Below are positions 51,372-63,270 of a stretch of 64,000 nucleotides of DNA, piece by piece. Under the pieces are notes generated by a model, which was given only the letters and a program-made list of their open reading frames with translations, was not told where the DNA came from and ran no database searches. Origin of the DNA: Paracoccaceae bacterium (GTDB taxonomy: Bacteria > Pseudomonadota > Alphaproteobacteria > Rhodobacterales > Rhodobacteraceae); assembly GCA_041397385.1 (NCBI GenBank), contig JAWKWW010000009.1, positions 52,016 to 116,015 on the forward strand, given 5' to 3'. Both the position numbers and the translations under genes were made by a program. The first letter of the stretch is position 1; each line of letters begins with the position of its first letter.

Positions 51372-54300
51372 TTCGCGAAGTGAGGAAACAGAGAGGCAGC
51401 GGCGCAGTGAGCGCGCGCATTTATAATGCGATGAACAACCGCGCCGAGTGGTGCAGAGATGCAGAGAACAGTAGAAAGAGCAGAGCTGAACGCAGTAGAG
51501 CAGAGCAAGGCCACACCACATAGCGCAACAGGCCAAACAGACGCTTGGGTATGGCGGTGAGAACAGGCGACACAGCTGCCACAACATTAATAATGAATAG
51601 TCGCCGACACACAAGGCGATGAAGATTTAGCTGGAAGATAACAGGTTATTGCGCCATTAGCGCTTATTACAAAGTGCGAGCAGAGACAGATGCTGGCGCG
51701 GCGGCTGATGGCGATGAACGCGGCAAATGGTAAGAGTGCAGGCGGCACGAGGCACAGAGCGCCACAGCTGAAACACATACGAGCGCACAATAATGACAAT
51801 GATGCGCTGGAGAGAAACAACGATGACGTTGATGCGGCAGGCTGAAGTATAAGAAATAAAGACATATAATGAGCTGCGGCAAGATACGGACACAAGTTGG
51901 TATATATTAATAGGCTACACACATAAGACAAATGTTATCATTATAATACATATTACGAAGCGTATATACAACAAACATGAAGGCGGTCAGAAGAAGCGCT
52001 GCGATGCTGAGGTTGGTAATATATGACGCCATGCACAAATGATTATTGTATTATTAGCTGTTATAGATGCCACGCTGCTTCAGTAATACGCCGAGGAAGA
52101 TTGCGCCACACGAGCAAGATACTGGAATGCGATGCGCCACAACATGAGAGATACGCCAGGTGATGAGTATGACGAAGACACAAGAAGGTTAAGACGACGC
52201 AAAGAGCATGCACGCCATTAGCTTTCACGATATATGGTAGAAAGATACGCGGTGGTAATAACATGAAGCTATTAATACGCTGGCGATGACACTACATTGT
52301 CGGCACACGCTGATGGACGAGGAGAGCTGCGACAAATGTCGAACAGCGATGATGCTACAAACACATTGACTGGAAGAGGCGGCTGGCGACGCTTCGCCGC
52401 CATATACACGCCATGCGTATGCCATGGCGCGGCTGCCCGCTTCGCGCGCTGCTTCATGCACGCACGCCGCGCTTATATTATGAAAAGGCGAAAGTGGTGG
52501 CAGGTGTTTATGAGCGAGGTGAAAAGAGTGCAGGCGTGGCGGTGGGTGTGTGGGGGGGGGGGTAACCGGGAACGGAAAGGGTGGAAAGGTGGAATGTGAA
52601 AATGGGTGGTTTGAAGAGGTGAAAAAGGCAGGCAGAGCAGGCAGCAAGGAGGAGGCAGTGAAGAGTGAGTGAAGTGGAATAAATAAACGGCAGAAGGTGG
52701 TATATAAAAATATACACAGAGTATGGGTGAAACACAGGAACAATGGTGTTGCAGCGCTGGTGGAAGCAAAAGTGCAGCGTGGTGGAAAGGAACTGGCGCT
52801 GGCGGCGGTGTTGGCGCTAAGCTTATAGCAGAAGCAGTGGTGAGAGGCAGAGGAAGCAGAGCAGAGCTTAGCGGGTAAAAGGGCGGCGAAAGAAAGAAAG
52901 AATGAATGCAGAAAACGCGTGCAGGAGTGAAAGTAGCTATGGTGGCAGTGCAGAAAGCAGCAGGTGCGCAGAAAGTGCGGTGCGGCGGCGAGCGTAGGAA
53001 GTAGGTGAAAGCGAGGAAAGTGAGGTAGCAGTGAGTGCGAAGCGGGTGTAAAGGAGAGGAGAGAGAGAGAAAGAAGGCAGAAGAGTGAGGCGGCGGTGCA
53101 GAGGCGGTAGTGGCGAGGCGAGAGCGCAGAGAAGGTGGAGCGCGAGTGAGGCAGGCAGAGTGAAAGAGATGAGCAGACAGGTGATGAGAGCAGAGAGATA
53201 AGAAGAAAGTGCGGTAGTGGTAGTAGAGCAAAGTAGGCAAAGAAAGTGAGCAGCAGTGAAAAGCTTTAGCGGGCAAAGGCGAAAGAGAGAAAGCGTAGTG
53301 CAGGCGAGCGCGTGGTGGTAGTGGTTGCGCCAAAAGGCACTGGCGGCCCGCCCGCCCGTCCACCGTCCCAGCCGCCGGTCCCTGCTGCTGCTGGCTCACA
53401 TGCCGCCGGCCCGCTGCTGCTTCGCCGGCTGCTGGCTGCTGGCTGGCGTTGACGCGCTTTTACGCGAGGCGTTGTTATGCATATGTTAAGTTTGTTAAAA
53501 TTTGCATGAAAGAAGGTTATGGTTGCTAATGCCAAGCAAAGCTGCTGCTTGCTGGCGGCGTTGCGGCGGCAGCAGGTGCGTACGCAGAAACGGCGGCGGC
53601 GGCGCAGCAGCGTTGGCGTTTTGGGCATGTTGCTGGGGTTGCTTGCGCGCCGAGGTGAAAGCGAGAGCAGAGCGCAGAGTAGGTAGAGCGGTGGTAGGGA
53701 GCAGCGTGAGCAGTTGAGCGCAGCTTGCTTCCGTTTGCTTGCGGCGTTTGCCTTTCAGCGGTTGCGTTGTTGTTGGCGCTGGTAGTGGTAAAGGGTAAAG
53801 GGAACGGCAAGGGTAAGGGGCAGGCAGAACGTGGGGTGCGGCGGCAGCGGTGTGGTGGGGCGGTAAGGGGCAGTGGTGGGTGGGGCAAGGGCAAGGGGGG
53901 GTAGGCAGGTGGGGCAGGTGGGTGGGAACCGTGGGTAGCAGGGTGGGGGTAGTGGGGGTAGTAGCAAGGGTAGGTAACGGTGGTGGGTGGGGGTAAGGGG
54001 TGGGCAGCAACGGTGCGTGGTATAAAGGGGGTAAAGGGTGGGGTGGGGCGGAACGGAAGGGGTTTAAGGGGTGGGGGGTGGCAGTGTGGGAAGGGGGGGG
54101 GGGGTGGGGGTGGGGGGGGGTGGGGGGGGGGGTAGCAAGGGGCAAAGGGGCAAGGTGCAACAGGGGTAAGGGGTAGCGGGGCAAAGGGGGTAAGGGGGTG
54201 GGTGGGCAAGGGTAGAACCGGGGTAAGGGGGTGGGTGTGGGGGCATGGGCAAGGGGGTGGGGGTAATGGGGTGGTGGGGTGGTGGTGGTGGGGTGGGGGG

Positions 54301-55050
54301 GGGTGGGGGGGGGTGGGGTAAGGGGGTGGGGGTGGGGGTGGGTGGTGGGGGCAGAACGGGTGGGTGGTGGGGAAGGGTATGGGGTGGGGTGGGGGGGCAG
54401 GGTGGGGGCAGGTGGGGTAAAGGGGTGGGCAGGGTAAAGGTGGTAGCGGGTAGTGCTGTGGTGCGGGCAGTGCGTGGCAGCAGTGGGTAAAGGCAAAGGG
54501 GGCAGGGGCAATGCGCGTGGTAAAGGGTAAAGTGCAAAGGGGGGGGCGGCGTGGCAGGGGGTGGGCAGGGTAAAGGCAAAGGCGGTAAGGCAGCAATGGC
54601 GCGGCGCGGTAAGGCAAAGTGGCTGGCAATAGCGGCATTTGCTTGCGTTTGCTTAAGTATGCCGCTTGCTATAATTTGCTTGCGTTTGCTAATGCTTTTA
54701 AGGGTAAGGGCGGGGTAGTGGTAGGTAAGGGGTAGCGGGTGGTGGTAGGTCCGGCAAAAGGTGGGGGCAAGGGGGTAAAGTAAAGGGTGCGGTGGTAAAG
54801 GGTGGGCGGCAGGGGTAAGGGGGTTGCAGTAGCGGGCGGTGGGTAAAGGGGGTAGGGTAGTGGGGTAAGGGGTAGGGTGGGGGTGGGGGCAGGGGTGGTG
54901 GTAAGGGGGTGGTAAGGGGTAGTGGGTAGTGGGTAGGGGGGGAACCTCAAAGTGGTGGGGGGGAAGGGGTGGGGGCAAAAGGGTGGGGGTGGGGGTGTGG
55001 GGTGAACCAAGGGTGGCAACGGCAGGCAACCGGTAAAACCGCAAGGTAAC
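51372..55050. other. Low-complexity, strand-skewed sequence; probable long-read/assembly artefact
   Basis: Composition drifts from A-rich to purine-rich to G-runs; no plausible ORF; bracketed by the duplication. Confidence 0.85.
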
Positions 55051-55330
55051 GAACCCGCACGAGACAAGAGGGTTCATCGCTTCTACCGCTCCTGGACGAT
55101 GCGATCAAGGATCATGGCGCAGAAGAGGATGGAAAAGCCGCAAGAATGCCTTGCCCGACATTGGCGTATTGCAATGCTTCTAGAACGTCCTCGCCAAGCC
55201 CTTGGCGCCGATCAGCGAGGCGAAAGACCACTACCATGGCCAGCGAAAAAGCATGATTGTCTGGTTGATCCCGGTCCGGATCGAGGGGGCGAGAGGGAGA
55301 TCGACCTTCGTCAAGAGATACCACTTGTTT
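55051..55330. repeat. Direct repeat of about 275 bp, copy 2 (indel-rich)
   Basis: Matches 51096-51371 with scattered single-base indels. Confidence 0.9.
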
Positions 55331-56617
55331 GCGCCGATGGCGCTTCGCGCACGCTTTCGGGTACGCCACGCAGGCCCAGAACGGTGAGCCGCACAACCGG
55401 AGTGCCGCCGAAAATCATGGTGGTGACGACCGCAGCGGACGAGCCGGTGCCGAAAAGGCGATGACGGGGATCATGAAGACAAAGGCTGGCATCGTCTGCA
55501 TGAAGTCCATGATCGGCTGGATGAAGGCGTAGAACCGTGGGCGACGGGCGGCGAACATGCCCAAGGGAATGCCGATGATTATAGACAGGCACGCGGCGGT
55601 GCCAAGCAGCGCGAGCGTGGTCATCGCCTTGTCCCAAAATCCCAACAGCCCCATGTAGGACAGGAAGGCCGCGGAATAGATCGCCGTGCGAATGCCGGCG
55701 GTAAGCCATGTCAGAAGCCCGATCAACGCGGCGACGACGATCCGGCGGGGTGCTGACAAAGACAAGTTCCACGTCGAGCGCGAGGCGGATCATGTAGGTG
55801 ATGCCGTCAAAAAGCACCTCGCCGTTCAGCACCGCCCAGTTGAAGAAGCGTTCGACATAGTCGATCGCGCCGAGGCGGATGTCGGGGTTCGTGGGAAAGG
55901 CGCCCAATACTTCGAACTGGCCGGGGAAGCTGTAGTAGTGCAGCATGACGATCAGCGTCAGTGGCAGGTCATGAAGGCGGCGCTGAACACGATCTGTGTG
56001 AGCGGCATGCCCGAACGGATCGAACGGTTGCTGAGCTTCATTCCGAGAACCGCGCTTCGAGGGCCCAGTTGGCGACGATGGCCTGTATGGCCTTGGCAAC
56101 GAGCAGGATCAGCAGGCCTGCCACTATGATCTGGGCCCTGCGCGGCCAGTGCATCGGCTTCGGCGCGGATGCCGCTGATGCTGGCCTCCAGCGCGTCGAT
56201 CGGCGCGCTGGTAGACGTCGATCTTGTCAGACCCTGCCTCGCGCGCAGCGGCAAGCTGGCTGGGTGGCGAAGTTCCAATGTGCCTTCAATCGACGAGATG
56301 CGGGCCATGGCTTCTACCGCCAGATCGCCGAAAAGGCCCCGGGCAACCTGCGTCAGCGCCAGTGCTTCGATGACGAGAAACGGCAGCGCCCAGGCCCAGA
56401 GCCTGGCGCGCGGCGAACCAGATCGGGCCGAAGAGCCCGCAAAGAGATTGAAGGCAGCGTCGAAACGGGACGAGGAGCCGATCTTGTCGAAATTGCGGAT
56501 GTAGTAATCCGGGTTGGTCCGGACGAAGCGGCGTATATTCGTCCGCCGCTCCTCGGCATATGCAGGCGGCGTCGCTTTCGGTATCTTCCAGCGGATCTGC
56601 CGGAGCGTGTTGCTCAC
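55073..56617 (-). CDS. Glycine betaine/proline-family ABC permease, ProW-like with long N-terminus (frameshifted)
   Basis: IGIPLG, MDFMQTMPAFVF, GINQTIM. Confidence 0.8.
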
Positions 56618-57668
56618 GACACTTCGGTCCCTTCGATGACGGTCCGCAACAGGTCTGCGCGGGTGATGACGCCCACAACCTTGCCCCCGGCCTCGACCAG
56701 GATGGGGGCGTCATCCTCGATGGCGATGGCAATCAGGTTTGACAGGGTTTCATCTGCATTCACGCGCCAGCCCCGGCGGGAAGGGCCGCCACGATATGGC
56801 TTTCCAGCGTACCCATCAGATGGTTGGCGTGAGCGTGCACGACCTTCAGCCGCGAGATGCCGGCCACGAAATCCGCGACATAATCGTCGGCGGGATGCAT
56901 CACGATATCTTCGGGCGTGCCCATCTGCACGATCTTGCCGTCGCGCATGATCGCGATCCGGTCGCCGATGCGGACCGCCTCGTCGAGGTCATGGGTGATG
57001 AAGACGGTGGTCTTCTTCAGGATCTTGGAGAGGCGAATGAATTCGTCCTGGTAACTGGCGCCGGATCAGCGGGTCGAGCGCTGAAAAGGGTTCGTCCATC
57101 AGCAGGACATCGGGGTTGGCGGCCAGTGCCCGGGCAAGGCCGACGCGCTGCTGCATGCCCCCAGAAAGCTCGTGGGCGAATTTCGCGCCCCATGCACCAA
57201 GCTCGACAATGTCGAGAATCGCGGCGGCCTGGCGCATCCGCTCGTTTTTGGCCACCTGCCGGATTTCCAAAGGCATCGCGACGTTGTCGAGCACCGAGCG
57301 GTGGGGCATCAACGCGAAGTTCTGGAAGACCATGCCGATCTCGCGGTTGCGGAAGGTCTGCAGATCGGGCGGCGACAGCGCCATGACGTCGGTGCCTTCG
57401 ATCTCGATCTTGCCCGACGTGGGCTCGAGCAGGCGGTTGAAATGGCGCACAAGGGTGGATTTTCCGCTGCCGGACAGGCCCATGATGCAGAAAATCTCGC
57501 CCCGGTTCACCGACAGGCTGACATCGGCAACCCCGACAACGGCGTTGAATTCGGCCAGCACCTCGGCCTTTGTCAGGCCGCGTTCCACGATACTGCAAGC
57601 GCAAGCTCGGGCCTTGTGCCGAAGATCTCCAGACATTCTGAAATCTTGATGACGGTGTCGCCGCTCAT
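56614..57668 (-). CDS. Glycine betaine/proline-family ABC ATP-binding protein, ProV-like (frameshifted)
   Basis: MGLSGSGKST, LSGGMQQRVGLARALA, MDEPFSALDPLIR. Confidence 0.85.
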
Positions 57669-57729
57669 TCTGCACGCCCTGCCTCGCGGAAGGAAACCAC
57701 AGCGCCGGAGGCTTCGGCGCTGTGGTCGC

Positions 57730-60350
57730 TCGTTCGTCGGTCGAGGCCAAGCATGGCGTCGACGCGGTCGGCATTGGCGGCGACCCATTCCTTAGCCACT
57801 GCTGGCGGGGTCGCGATCCTTCGCGCTGATTTCGTAGGCAAGGCTGCTCACGTCATCGGCGTTCAGCGCGAACTTCTGGAAGAATTCCGCGATGGCCGGG
57901 GAGCGTTCGGACAGGGACTTGGACCAGGCGATCTGAACCTGCTTCAGCGCATCCTTGGTCGCCACGTTGGATTTCGTGAACCAGTCCGGATCGTCAGAGG
58001 GCTGTACCATGACGTATTTCGCTGGATCATAGGCCGGTTCGGTCAGCATGACGATGTCGAACATGTACCAGACGGCATGGGGCGTGTAGCAGTAGCCGAC
58101 ATTCCCCAAGTGGCCTGCCGCTTGACTTCAAGATCGCCTGATTTTGCTCGCTGGGCAAGCGTTTTTCGCCCCGAGCGGTGTCTGTCGTCGCGCAAACGGC
58201 CGAAGTCGGGTGGATCAAGCCTCGAACCCGCAGCATTCTGGCCCGGCAGAGCCGCTTTTCCGCGCGGCAGACGGACCTGTCCTGCCGCTTTCGTTCAGCT
58301 TGGGCATGATCGTGGTCATGCGCAGACGGAGGCGTTCGAAGACGGCGGATGGCGGCAAGGACGGCTCCGCACCATCGGGCCGGTGACGGCGACCTCGGCC
58401 AACTGGAAGGTAATGGCGCGGGCGTGGCGGACGACGCGGGCGCCGATCTTGATCAGCTTGAGTTGCAGGCTGGTCAACGACCAGTCCGCCATGGCCTCGG
58501 GCAGTTCGATGCAGCGCAGGAAGGTTGCCAGGTTGTAGGCCAGTGCAGTTGCAGCTGCACCTCGTTGTGCCGGAACTGGCATGACAGCCGCGTCCAGCGA
58601 AAGGCATATTGCCTTCCTGATGTGCTGCCTGCGGTGCCGCGCTGGTTGTAGAACTCACCACCCAGTCTGGCTCCATCGGCAGGTTGGTGACGATGAAGCC
58701 GACTGGGGAACAGCTCGCCTGGATGCCATTCGATCTTGGCGATGACGCGGCGCGGCTTGTCCCAGGACGCTCGATACTCGAAGTCCTCGAAGAACCGTTT
58801 GACCTTGGTCAGCGAAGGCCGTCCCCACGGCCATGTCAGCCGATGCGCGATCTTCGCGCAAGACGGCGTTGGCGGGCAGACGGATGGCGTAGAACTGGAA
58901 CCTGCTCTCTTCCAGCCGCATATAGATCGCGGGGATCGCGTAGGCAGCGTCGGCCCGGAAGAAGCGTCCACCAAGGTCGCGGCCAGCATATCGGGCAATG
59001 ACGGGATCAAGGACATCCCGCCAGCCATCGGCGCTGTGGCGACATTGCCGTTACGCAGGGCGCAGCGCTCCAGCATGCCAAACTGGTTGAACAAGCAACA
59101 CGCGGGGTGATAGTGACAGGCAGTCGAAAGGTTCGTTCCAGCGGCAGCACCTTCCTTGATCGCCGTGGGTGGGGCTGACCGAGCTGTCCATGTCCAGCAC
59201 GATGTATTTCAACCCGTTGCGGTTCATGGAAACCGGTCGATCCATTGCCGTTCAGATCGGCCAGCGCCGCCGTTCGCGGCCAGAGCCAGCGTCTCGGTCT
59301 CGAACCGTCCCCATCTGCGATGCCGAAGCAGCTTGCGCCTCGACGGCCCTGCCGCCAACGACCTGGTGACGTATCACGGGATCGAGGGCCAAGCGGTCGG
59401 CATCGTTCACATCCTCGCATCTCCACCGAGCCATCCAACGATGCCGGAAACACCAGGCGCCGATGGAGCGTAGCTTCCCGTTGCCACTTCGCAGCCCCGA
59501 CGCCGATTGGATGGTGCGAAGATCGCCGTATCGCCAGCATCACCAGCAGCGACCGTCTGAACTGATCTGCGCACGGAACTCCAGGCTGCAACAACGGCAA
59601 CGAAACAACCTGACCCTCCTGCGCCAGCACCGCAGGTGATCCATGAAACGCGACCTTGCAGCCATCAACGCCATGATTTATGGTGAAATATCACGATTAC
59701 GACAGCGAAATCAGCGACTTACTTTGGAGAATGTGGGAGTAGAAGGCATAGCCTTCGCCCTTGGCGATGGAGTCCTTGATGCGCGCGGTCTTGACCGCCT
59801 CTTCGGCGCGGATCGGCTCGATGAAGTCCATAAGGCCATAGTCGCGGACCTTCACCTCGTTCACATTCGCCGATGCCCAGCCCGGCGCGCCGATCCACAT
59901 TTCACCCTTGCCGTTGCCGTCGCTGTCCATAAGCGCCGCCACATCCGGCCGGCCGAGGTCGGCGATATCGGTGATGTTGTTGGCTTGGGCGAAATCCTTG
60001 GAAACGCAGAAACCCTGGTTGCCCTCATAGGGGTTCGACGAGAGTGTGACGGTGCCGGCCTCGTCGACATACTTCTTGGTGAAGCTTTCCTGGTTGGGCA
60101 ACCAGACATCGGGATGCACGTCGATATCACCCTTGCCCTGATCCATCGCCTGGAAAATCGTCGCGTTGTTGCCGGGGACATATTCCACCGTGCCGCCGAT
60201 CTTGGAGGTGACGATTTCGCCCAGGACATGGGCAATCGCTTGCGCCCCGGTCCAGGACGGAACGCCGATTTTCACGTCTTCCGCCGAAGCGTTGACGGGG
60301 ATCATGCAGCTTGCGCCAAGAAAGGCGAGCAGTTTCAGTTTGGACGTCAT
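57730..60350 (-). pseudogene. Betaine-family ABC substrate-binding protein split by IS1380
   Basis: N-terminal part ends GYAFY at 59738; C-terminal part resumes CYTPHAVW at 58095. Confidence 0.85.
58096..59737 (-). mobile_element. IS1380-family insertion sequence
   Basis: Inverted repeats CCGACATTCCCCA / TGGAGAATGTGGG; 5-bp target duplication AGTAG; IVLDMDSS, RRVIAKIEWHPGELF, LKLIKIGARVVRHAR. Confidence 0.9.
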
Positions 60351-60452
60351 GGTTTTCTCCTCTGTCTAGTAGGGCCGTCTTGCGGTCGTTTGTTATTCGG
60401 TAATCGGGCGGGCTTTGGCGGGGCGCAGACCCTCTGGGTCATCTGCTGGCGA

Positions 60453-61552
60453 TCAGTGTGACTGGTATCCGGGGAGGTCGAAGGCATCGGGATATCCGAA
60501 CAGCGCGGCCGATCCCCCCGTGTGCAGAAAGACAACGTTTTCCATCCTCTCGAAGGCGCCCTTTCGGGTCAGGTCGATCAAACCGTCGAGGCCCTTGCCG
60601 GAATAGACCGGGTCGAACAGAAGGCCCTCCAGTTCGGCAAGCATGCGGACGCTCTTGACCATGCCTTCGGTCGGGATGCCGTAGCCCGCGCCGACGTAGT
60701 TGCAGTTGGCGCGGACTTTCTCGCGCAGGACAGCCTCGGTGCAGCCAAGGCGTTCAGCGGTGCGTCTGGCAAGGTCGAAGACCATGCCTTCCTGTTTTTC
60801 CTGCGGGGCGCGCACACCGATACCCAGCAGGTAAATCTCCGATTCAAGCGCCCCGAGACCGGCCACAAGACCGGCCTGTGTACCAGAGCTGCCCGTTGCA
60901 TGAACGAGCGCGTCGATCCGGAGGTCCATCGCGGCGGCCTGTTCGCTCAGCTCCAGCGCGCAGTTGACGTAGCCGAGCGCGCCGGTCGTGTTCGAACCGC
61001 CCCCGGGGATGATGTAGGGGCGGCCACCATCGGCTTTCACGGCTTCGCCAAGCGCGACCATTTCCGCCGCCATATCCGCACCGCCGGGTCGTTTGGCAAC
61101 GCTGGCCCCGTGCAGACGATCCAGCAGAACGTTTCCGTTCATCGTGTACTGCATGTCGTTTGAGCCGGTGCGATCTTCGAGCAGAATATGGCACTTCAAC
61201 CCGAGTTTCGCGGCGGCGGCGGCGGTCTGGCGCGCGTGATTGGATTGGGTCGCGCCCTGGGTTATGATCGTATCGGCGCCTTCGGCGACGGCTTCCGCCA
61301 TCAGAAATTCCAGCTTGCGGGTCTTGTTTCCGCCGGATGAAAGCCCTGTACAGTCGTCCCGCTTGACCCAGAACGCGGCCCGCCCAGGACCTCGCTCAGG
61401 CGGTCCATGGGCTCCAGCGGTGTCGGAAGATGCCCAGCCGGATGCGCGGGAAAGCGGCCAGAACGCTTGCCAGTTCCTTGCGCCGCCCCGCAGAACGCCC
61501 GGCGGGCCGATGCATTTCCCGCTCGGTCGGGGGCATTGGCTGGTTCATTCAT
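60453..61552 (-). CDS. D-cysteine desulfhydrase / cysteate sulfo-lyase (DcyD/CuyA) family PLP enzyme (frameshift near 61375)
   Basis: [48 protein letters not shown]. Confidence 0.85.
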
Positions 61553-61640
61553 CCTCTCCCATGCAACACAATTTGCAGGGGTAAGCGGGATATCGTTGGC
61601 CCGAAAAATGCAATTTTGTTAGGCTAGCCAAACAAAAAGT

Positions 61641-62530
61641 ATGGGTACTCGCGAAATGGATCTGGCATTGTTCGATGACGTTATCGTGCTTCTGGAAGAG
61701 GGAAACATGAGCCGCGCTGCGCGCAGGCGGAATGTGACGCAGCCGGCGTTTTCGCGCCGGATCCGCAGTTTCGAGGACTGGCTGGGCCGCCCGATCGTGG
61801 TGCGCACGGCGAACCGCGTGGAACTTGAGCCTGCCTTGCTGGCCAATGCCGCCGAGCTTCAGGCGCTGGTCGGCCATGTTCGCGAATTGCGCGGAAGGAT
61901 CGCCAGCCACGACCCTGCTCGGACGACCCTTACGGTTGCCGCGCAGCATTCGGTAATGATTTCTGCAGTGCCGGATTTCATTCGCGAGGTCAAATCCCGA
62001 TTCGACAAGATGTCGTTCCGGGTACGGGCCGCGAACCACAACGATTGTCTTTCGCTGTTTCTCAGTGGCGAAGCAGCTGTGCTGATGAGCTACGAGCGGG
62101 AGGGCGATGTGGAACTGCCCTTTGGCGCGGGCGTCACGCGCAGGATCTGGGGGCGGGACAGGCTGGTGCCGGTCACGGGCGGAGGCCTGCGGTTCGGGCT
62201 TTCCGGCAAGGGCCGGATCCCCGCGGACATACCGATGATCCGCTATCCATCGGGAAGCTTTTCGGAGAGATCCTGGAACGCGGCGCGCCGGAATATATCC
62301 GGCACACCGGGCCGATCCCGGCAGAAAGCGCGTTTACGGCCGGTATCAAGGAGATGGCGATGGCGGGCCTTGGGCTCGCCTGGCTTCCGATGAGCCTCGT
62401 CTACACCGAAGTGCAAAGCGGTGCGCTTGTCTTGTGCAATAACGATACCGAGGCCTTGCAGTTGCGGATCAGTGTGTATGCGCGCGCGGCGAACTCACGG
62501 CGCAAGAGATCTGCAGTCTGCTCGACTGAC
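61641..62530 (+). CDS. LysR-family regulator (frameshift near 62260; end approximate)
   Basis: SRAARRRNVTQPAFSRRIR; GLGLAWLP. Confidence 0.85.
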
Positions 62531-62633
62531 GATGCGACGCAATCTGCTGCGCGCGGCCCGCGCCTGGGTCACGGCAAGGCCGGCGCTGTCTTGCCGCCCT
62601 TGCCGCGCAGTTGCCTTGCGCCGGCCTTGGCTG

Positions 62634-63257
62634 TCAGCCGTTCGAAGTTCCGCCGCCGACGCCGGCGGGATCCTGCACGTCACGGCCAAGTGCGGCCAGA
62701 TCGGAATAGCGGTCGCCGATGCGGTGGTGTGGCCTTCCACGGGTCGCGGCGCCCAGCGCAACCACCAGTTCGTCAACCGCCGGCGCGTCATAGATCGAGA
62801 ACTGGACCGTGAGGTAATGCGACCGCCGGCCGGTATCGTGCTTGTCCATCAGCGGGATCTGGATCTGGGTGTTGGCCGGCCCGCGGGTATTGGTGAAGCC
62901 CAGGTAGCTTTTTGCGCCCACTGCCTCGCGGTAGAAGTTGCCGAATTGCAGCGTGTGGATCAGCGCCGAGGCATGTTCGACCTCGCAACCGGTGCCCGAG
63001 ATGCAGGCCTTGCCATAGGCCTCGATCGCGTCGCCCGATCCGGCCAACGCAATCAGCCGGTCGGTCAGAAGCTTGCCCAGAACCGGTGCCATGCGCCGGA
63101 TTTCGGGCGAAAGATCCTCGACAAAGCCGCGCCCGGCCCAAGGGTTGGCGACCACCGCCGCGACCCCGATCATGCGCAGGACCGGGTCGGCCTTGCGGCC
63201 GCCTTCGGTGTGGATGTCTTCGTCAAACGTGACCACTTTTCTTAGTTCGGGAAGCAA
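62634..63257 (-). CDS. Amino acid synthesis family protein (DUF1185-like)
   Basis: VVANPWAG, EAYGK, EHASALIH, RSHY, GRPHHRIGDR; GGAG RBS before TTG. Confidence 0.8.
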   Translation of the reverse strand: MLPELRKVVTFDEDIHTEGGRKADPVLRMIGVAAVVANPWAGRGFVEDLSPEIRRMAPVLGKLLTDRLIALAGSGDAIEAYGKACISGTGCEVEHASALIHTLQFGNFYREAVGAKSYLGFTNTRGPANTQIQIPLMDKHDTGRRSHYLTVQFSIYDAPAVDELVVALGAATRGRPHHRIGDRYSDLAALGRDVQDPAGVGGGTSNG

Positions 63258-63270
63258 TGGGGTTCTCCTG

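Noticed and set aside
52225-55077. Pro/His/Thr-rich minus-strand ORFs and potential G-quadruplex or telomere-like tract
   Set aside because: No repeat unit, composition drifts, and the region is bracketed by a duplication; best explained as an artefact.
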